A DNA stretch of 29,243 nucleotides, taken from a virus. Its lineage: Duplodnaviria; Caudoviricetes. Below the pieces are notes generated by a model, which did not search any database, was not told the origin of the DNA, and saw only the letters and a program-made list of their open reading frames with translations. Location: the IMG/VR virus record IMGVR_UViG_3300017778_001218, positions 1 through 29,243 of that record. One strand, given 5' to 3'. This document shows, in pieces, positions 24,368 to 29,243 of this stretch. Positions within the stretch are counted from its first letter, which is position 1; each line of letters starts with the position of its first letter. A program made the position numbers and the translations under genes.

Positions 24368-25756
24368 TTATTTATTTTCCAACGCAACGATTCTGGCAGT
24401 CAATAATTCAATGGTTGATAAGGCTTTTTGCAATGACATAACCGTGACCGCAAGCACCGATCTGTCGTAGTAGCCCCACGGTTTGCCTTCTTCCGGCTCT
24501 GGTGCCGCCTCTGGACCGATAGCCGCATTCACGTTTTGCGCGTAGAAGCCTAGCTGACGATCCGCGCCGAAGGTTTCTTTTTTCTCGTCGTTGTAATACC
24601 AATATCCCGGTGCCAATTTTTGTAGCATTGCATCGGGGTTAGTTGGGATTCCGTCTTTGGTTTTCCATGTTTCATCAGACACAGAAGAAATGACGCCAGC
24701 AGCGGAGAATGTTGCAGTCCCAGCACCATATGCGCCCATGGTTACTATGCCGCCAAAAGCAAACTTAGCAACCTTAGATGTTCCAGCCCATAACTGAATA
24801 TCTTTGTTGTTTTCTGCAACTAAATTTAAATTTTGGCGGTAAGCTATAAGAACAGTTGAATCTTGTTCATCATAATTGCTTGTTGTATAAGCGCTTCCAA
24901 TAGCGCGAAGTCCAGAAACGTCATTGCCATTGCCATTGCCAACCTTAACTTCAGCATATGCCGCAGTTCCGACGTTGCCGTTTGTAACGATGAGGCCCGC
25001 GTACAAGCCGTTTGTGCTGAGACTGCCAGTGATGGTCCCACTCGCATTAACTGCCGCTACCGTACTTGTTCCGGTCACACTTAAAGATGAGGCTTTAGCC
25101 GCGCCATTTACTTCAAATTTAACAGTCGGCGTTATTGTTCCAACGCCAATACGATCATTCGTGGCATCAGTGAAGAATAAGTTTGCATCGGTGTCGCCTT
25201 CAATTCGCACGTTAAACACAGCGCCGATATCGTTAATGACAAGATTGCTCGAGCCGATAATCATTTTCTCGGTTGATGCGCCAGCCGTTGCAGTCTCGAA
25301 ATGAATCTGGCCTGTTTCAGCGGTTGATGTAGGACTAAGAATCGAGCCATGAATCACCGCGTACTGTTGTTTGTTTCCTGCCGAGTCCTCGCCATTAAAT
25401 TCAATCTCGCCTAATGTGTCAGAGGCTGCTGGAGTGGCTGAATCTCGGTAGAGGTCAAGCAATGGCGCGGCGGCTGCACCGGCATCGGTTGATGTCATGG
25501 TCACATTGGAAAAGTTACCATCAGAGCCGCCCTCGACCCGCTGCCAAACCGCGCCGTTATAGACGATCCAATCACCTATTCCGAAAAATAATTGCAAACC
25601 ACCGAAGGTCTGCGTTCCGGCGGTGCTGGTCACGTAGTAGTCGCCCTTCGCCCCTGTGCCATCAGCCAGGGTCGGAGTGTTGCTCGAGGCGTTCCACGTG
25701 CCTTTGTAGTTCAAAGCACCGAGTGCATTCGTGATGGTTGAAATTGCTTTTAACAT
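24368..25756 (-). CDS. Tail fibre with C-terminal intramolecular chaperone (peptidase S74)
   Basis: YKGTWNAS.NTPTL...GDWIVYNG..WQ N-terminus; SDETWK and LGFYAQNV chaperone motifs, terminal coiled coil; ATG 25756 after GAGGA. Confidence 0.85.
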   Translation of the reverse strand: MLKAISTITNALGALNYKGTWNASSNTPTLADGTGAKGDYYVTSTAGTQTFGGLQLFFGIGDWIVYNGAVWQRVEGGSDGNFSNVTMTSTDAGAAAAPLLDLYRDSATPAASDTLGEIEFNGEDSAGNKQQYAVIHGSILSPTSTAETGQIHFETATAGASTEKMIIGSSNLVINDIGAVFNVRIEGDTDANLFFTDATNDRIGVGTITPTVKFEVNGAAKASSLSVTGTSTVAAVNASGTITGSLSTNGLYAGLIVTNGNVGTAAYAEVKVGNGNGNDVSGLRAIGSAYTTSNYDEQDSTVLIAYRQNLNLVAENNKDIQLWAGTSKVAKFAFGGIVTMGAYGAGTATFSAAGVISSVSDETWKTKDGIPTNPDAMLQKLAPGYWYYNDEKKETFGADRQLGFYAQNVNAAIGPEAAPEPEEGKPWGYYDRSVLAVTVMSLQKALSTIELLTARIVALENK

Positions 25757-25766
25757 GGTCAGATCC

Positions 25767-26252
25767 TCAGAATACAAATTCGATGATGGAGTTAAATGGC
25801 GGTGCCTGGGTAAATGTCACGCTCCCATTTGCGAAGGTGTAGGTGTTTTGATTCTGATAAACGCCGCTAATGTAAATTGCAACTGGGAAAGATGAGACCG
25901 GAAAAATTGTCTGCACACCGTTCCCTGTGGCGTTCGTTACTACAGAGCCACCACCAAAGGCATTGCCATTCAGCGAGGTATAGACCACCGTTCCGTTTTT
26001 GTTTTGGACTTGGATCGAGTAATCGCTTGCTGCATAGATCCGGCTCGGGGTTCCCTGATAGACCGCATAACCGCCGCTGGTACGGATTGGCTGGACCGCA
26101 GAAATCGTCAGAGCAGAATCCCAGTAGGCCGCAATCGGGTTGGTGACTGGGTTCAGATTGACGGTTCCGATCCAGATGTAACCATCCTCCAGCGGCTGGC
26201 CATCGGCCTCTGCGAATGCCGAGTATGGAGGTTCTACGGATAGAGCTGACAT
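25767..26252 (-). CDS. Stand-alone P22-tailspike head-binding domain protein (161 aa)
   Basis: DGQPLEDGYIWIG..N.NP...QPIRTSGGY...YSIQVQNKNG. Confidence 0.85.
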   Translation of the reverse strand: MSALSVEPPYSAFAEADGQPLEDGYIWIGTVNLNPVTNPIAAYWDSALTISAVQPIRTSGGYAVYQGTPSRIYAASDYSIQVQNKNGTVVYTSLNGNAFGGGSVVTNATGNGVQTIFPVSSFPVAIYISGVYQNQNTYTFANGSVTFTQAPPFNSIIEFVF

Positions 26253-26280
26253 TTATTGGTTCTCCTGGTCAAATTCGTTC

Positions 26281-28248
26281 TCAAGGCTGCGCAGGCAACG
26301 CGTTTAGGGCATCAATAATTTTCGCTTTGGTTCGCCCTTCTTTACGCATTTTTGCAATCTGCTTAATGCCCGCATAAACAGGCAATGGAAGGCCGGTAGC
26401 AACTCCTGTTAGACCTGCCTCTGTTATCGCTGCCAGAAGCGTTCCAGCCGTTCCTGAGCTGTTGATTAAAGTGCCAGGGGGAACTGTGGTCACATATTTA
26501 ACAACCTCGTTTAAATCACGCATTCTTGCGGCTTCCTGCTTGCCAAAAATTACATCCAAACGACCATTTTTATCAAGCTGTGAAACGATTTGATTTAATT
26601 TGGCAGGTGATACCAATGGACGCCCTGAACTGTCGGTGCCTACTCCGCTCGTCGATTGATCTCGGATATGCTGCACAGTTGCGGCTTGTAGTTCCTTGAA
26701 TGCCTGCTGCCCATCCTTTCCACTGGTGAGTAGGACTCGCTTTAAAAAAGTAATCTCCTCTGGAGACCCGCCAAGAATGGACCGCTGAAAAACTTGATCC
26801 ACTGCAACTTGCGGGTCTTGCATCCCCTTACGATTTTTAATCAGGCGAGCAACAATTGCTCGATTTTCAAACTTCCGAGCCTGTTCGGTACGAAGCGCCC
26901 TGGCTTCCTTGTAAAGAGGCCCAGAAACGGGTTCCGTTTGCGCATCGATTAGCTTCTTCAAAATGGTTTCTTGTCGAAGCCCAACCGCATCATCAAACTT
27001 TGCCGTCCCGCTGAGTTCTTTTCTGAATTCTTCCAGCTTTCCAACGGTTGCTGGCTTTGCAATTAAATTGCCAGAATCATCTATTTCAGCAAGGTCCATT
27101 TTTGTGAGCAGCTTTCGGGCTGTATCTGGAACCGCTGACGAAGGCACACCCGTTATTTTTCCATTGATATAACCAATTAGAGAATCGGTTATTTCCTGAT
27201 CTCCACGACCAATAGTAACAACCGTGTTTATATCTACGGCGGCCTGTGACTCTGGGGACTTTTTGGCGGTCGTATAAGCCACGTTTGTTTTATTCTTTGC
27301 CGCCTGATAGCCACTGCCGAGAGAGTTGACTACAGAGCTTCCTATGGCTGTAGGACCAGCAAATGCTGCTTGCGCCCCAGTTGCGTCAATTGCCGCATCA
27401 AAATTTTGCAGAATCTGAAGATTGTTTTCCTCGGCACGATTCCGCAACGGGGCTCCGAACTCTCCCTTCATCTGCTCTTTTTCAAACGCAAGTTGCCCTG
27501 GCTCGCGCTCTGCTGCGCCTTTGGTCAGGGTCACGGGGACGCGTAAGCCCTCTGCCGTGGTAACTCGCTGCAAAGCCTGTGGGGTGGCCGCTGCGACGCC
27601 TGATGCTCGCGCTCCGGCTGCTGGTGTTGGCGTCTCCATGCCAAACGTCTCGCGCACTGCCGTAGTGGCCGCTTGTACGGGCCTGGCGATGGCTTGTCCT
27701 GTAGCAGTGGCAGCTTGCTGTGCGGCTGCTGCACCACGTTGGGCGGTAGCCCGAGCAACAGGGGCTGCGCTGCGCACAGACTGCAAGATCGCGCCAGGGG
27801 CCCCAATCATGGGCAGGACCGGGGGAACAACCGCGCCTAGAAATTCGCCAACGGCCTGCACCTGCTCTTGACCGGCCTGCGTTCGTGGTTGATATGTCAG
27901 GGCTTGAGAACCTCGCATTGCAGACCTTTCGACCTCTTTTGCTGCCTGCGGGGTGCCGAACTCTCCGGATAGTATCTGCTCGGTTAAGCCTTTAACTACG
28001 CCGCCGACCATGCCCAAAGCGCCGCCTGTCGCGCCGGTTGCCAGAGTCAGTGCAGTTTCACCAGCACCCACAAGCTTATCGCCTATGCCTGGCTGCTGCG
28101 GTGGCGGTGCAACCTGTTGTTGAGTGACTGCCGTATTTTCATCAGACTTCGCAAGTTGATACGCCTGCGCCACCGTGTCAAATTCAGGGGTGCCACGCTT
28201 AGCGGAGTTATTGACAATCCAAGCGGCGTATTCGTCAGCGGTGGCCAT
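26281..28248 (-). CDS. DNA injection (ejection) protein, gp16-like position (655 aa)
   Basis: Ala/Gly/Gln-rich helical protein; NSSGTA motif near C-terminus; last large gene before the tailspike module. Confidence 0.7.
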   Translation of the reverse strand: MATADEYAAWIVNNSAKRGTPEFDTVAQAYQLAKSDENTAVTQQQVAPPPQQPGIGDKLVGAGETALTLATGATGGALGMVGGVVKGLTEQILSGEFGTPQAAKEVERSAMRGSQALTYQPRTQAGQEQVQAVGEFLGAVVPPVLPMIGAPGAILQSVRSAAPVARATAQRGAAAAQQAATATGQAIARPVQAATTAVRETFGMETPTPAAGARASGVAAATPQALQRVTTAEGLRVPVTLTKGAAEREPGQLAFEKEQMKGEFGAPLRNRAEENNLQILQNFDAAIDATGAQAAFAGPTAIGSSVVNSLGSGYQAAKNKTNVAYTTAKKSPESQAAVDINTVVTIGRGDQEITDSLIGYINGKITGVPSSAVPDTARKLLTKMDLAEIDDSGNLIAKPATVGKLEEFRKELSGTAKFDDAVGLRQETILKKLIDAQTEPVSGPLYKEARALRTEQARKFENRAIVARLIKNRKGMQDPQVAVDQVFQRSILGGSPEEITFLKRVLLTSGKDGQQAFKELQAATVQHIRDQSTSGVGTDSSGRPLVSPAKLNQIVSQLDKNGRLDVIFGKQEAARMRDLNEVVKYVTTVPPGTLINSSGTAGTLLAAITEAGLTGVATGLPLPVYAGIKQIAKMRKEGRTKAKIIDALNALPAQP

Positions 28249-29243
28249 TTATTGCCCCCTTAGGATTGCATCAGCCCTTGACCGAACGTCAACCTGTGCC
28301 GGTGGTTTAGGGTTTGGGTTGCGATCTGTGGGAATCTGATCGACTAAGCTCGGCGCTTGTTGTGGTGCGTATCGCTTTGATACATCGCCCACGATTCGCT
28401 GAGCAAAATCGTTGAATGTCTCGCCGGGCTTTGTGGCGTAGTCTCCGGCAATGAACGTCCCTTTTGCCCTGGTGAGCAGCCCATTATTCTGAGAAAGCCA
28501 ATCTGTTTTGGCGTTGTTTATAGAACTGTCGATGTCTTGAAGTTTTGCCGAACCACGCAAGAACGATGCGAGCGTTGCGGAATTGGCATTTTCAGGAGGA
28601 ATGCCCTTTAATGCGAGCTCAATATCCTTATCGGTTGCAACGCCGGGCGGCAAAGCCTTAATTGCCACGGAGTTTCTGACCCGAGTATATTCATTGCGAA
28701 TTTGCGTCCAGGCGTCTTGATTGCCGATTGCTTTGGCAAACCATTCTGATGCGGTTGTCAGTGAGCCCTTGCCGCCCTCTGCACTTAAAATGCGGTTTGC
28801 AAGATCATTGTATTGAGTCGCAGATTGCTTTGATCCTGCTGCGGCTGTTGCTGATTCGTTTATAAGTTTTCTCGCGCCCTCTGGAATCTCTGTCAACCGC
28901 GCTTGAATACTAGACAATTTTTCAGCAACCGTTGCCTCCATTGAGAGTCTATCAAGGTTTAACTTAGCAGAACGGTCTCTAATCTGGCTGTCCAGATTTT
29001 TAATATCCCAATTGGTTTTATTAAGCCCTGCGATTTCTGTTCTTTCTTGATATAGGGCTTTAATCCTGGCCGATTCAGCATCGGCCTTCGCTTTGTCTGC
29101 ATCGGCCTTCGCTTTATCTGGTGCGTTGGTGGCTGTGGCCTGCGCTATTATGGCATCTGCTACGCCCTTGTCGGCTTTAGCGACAGCCTCCCTATATGCG
29201 ATTGGTGCAAGTTGTTGCTTTTCTAAAGACTCGACACCTTTGA
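28249..29243 (-). CDS. DNA injection protein, gp20-like (partial, start outside the window)
   Basis: Frame open from window edge; LPPGVATDKDIELA..G.P motif. Confidence 0.75.
   Translation of the reverse strand, partial: KGVESLEKQQLAPIAYREAVAKADKGVADAIIAQATATNAPDKAKADADKAKADAESARIKALYQERTEIAGLNKTNWDIKNLDSQIRDRSAKLNLDRLSMEATVAEKLSSIQARLTEIPEGARKLINESATAAAGSKQSATQYNDLANRILSAEGGKGSLTTASEWFAKAIGNQDAWTQIRNEYTRVRNSVAIKALPPGVATDKDIELALKGIPPENANSATLASFLRGSAKLQDIDSSINNAKTDWLSQNNGLLTRAKGTFIAGDYATKPGETFNDFAQRIVGDVSKRYAPQQAPSLVDQIPTDRNPNPKPPAQVDVRSRADAILRGQ
29078..29119. repeat. 21-bp tandem repeat x2 in coding sequence
   Basis: GCATCGGCCTTCGCTTTGTCT / GCATCGGCCTTCGCTTTATCT encoding DKAKADA twice. Confidence 0.8.

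Noticed and set aside
23062-25756. Diversity-generating retroelement or invertible tail cassette
   Set aside because: No reverse transcriptase, invertase or template/variable repeat pair seen by eye; a self dot-plot would be decisive
1-29243. Genome-wide stop-codon reassignment
   Set aside because: TGA, TAA and TAG all end clear genes and ATGA overlaps are common; only one internal TGA seen

Overview
Most of a circularly permuted P22/Sf6-like podophage genome, probably from a proteobacterial host (inference). Minus-strand virion and packaging genes occupy both ends of the window. Positions 1-9053 hold terS, terL, portal, scaffold, coat, a probable decoration protein, a gp4-like adaptor and small genes. 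Positions 22592-29243 hold DNA-injection proteins, a stand-alone tailspike head-binding domain, an S74-chaperoned fibre and a beta-helix spike. Between them is a ~13 kb non-structural block. It has a non-coding control region with three sigma54-type motifs and TGTCTG repeats, a DUF3987 replication protein with a catalytically dead TOPRIM domain, VRR-NUC, a small HTH with divergent promoters, a YqaJ exonuclease plus partner, an SNF2 helicase-DNA methyltransferase fusion and many small genes. Both junctions between the virion and non-structural blocks cut through genes. At the left junction a second, Sf6-type TerS N-terminus is fused to a tRNA-like 3' half. At the right junction a probable lysis-associated gene is truncated. 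Several 9-28 aa mini-ORFs look like in-frame deletion scars. No integrase, CI repressor, DNA polymerase or endolysin is visible. All family assignments come from motif recognition by eye, not database searches.
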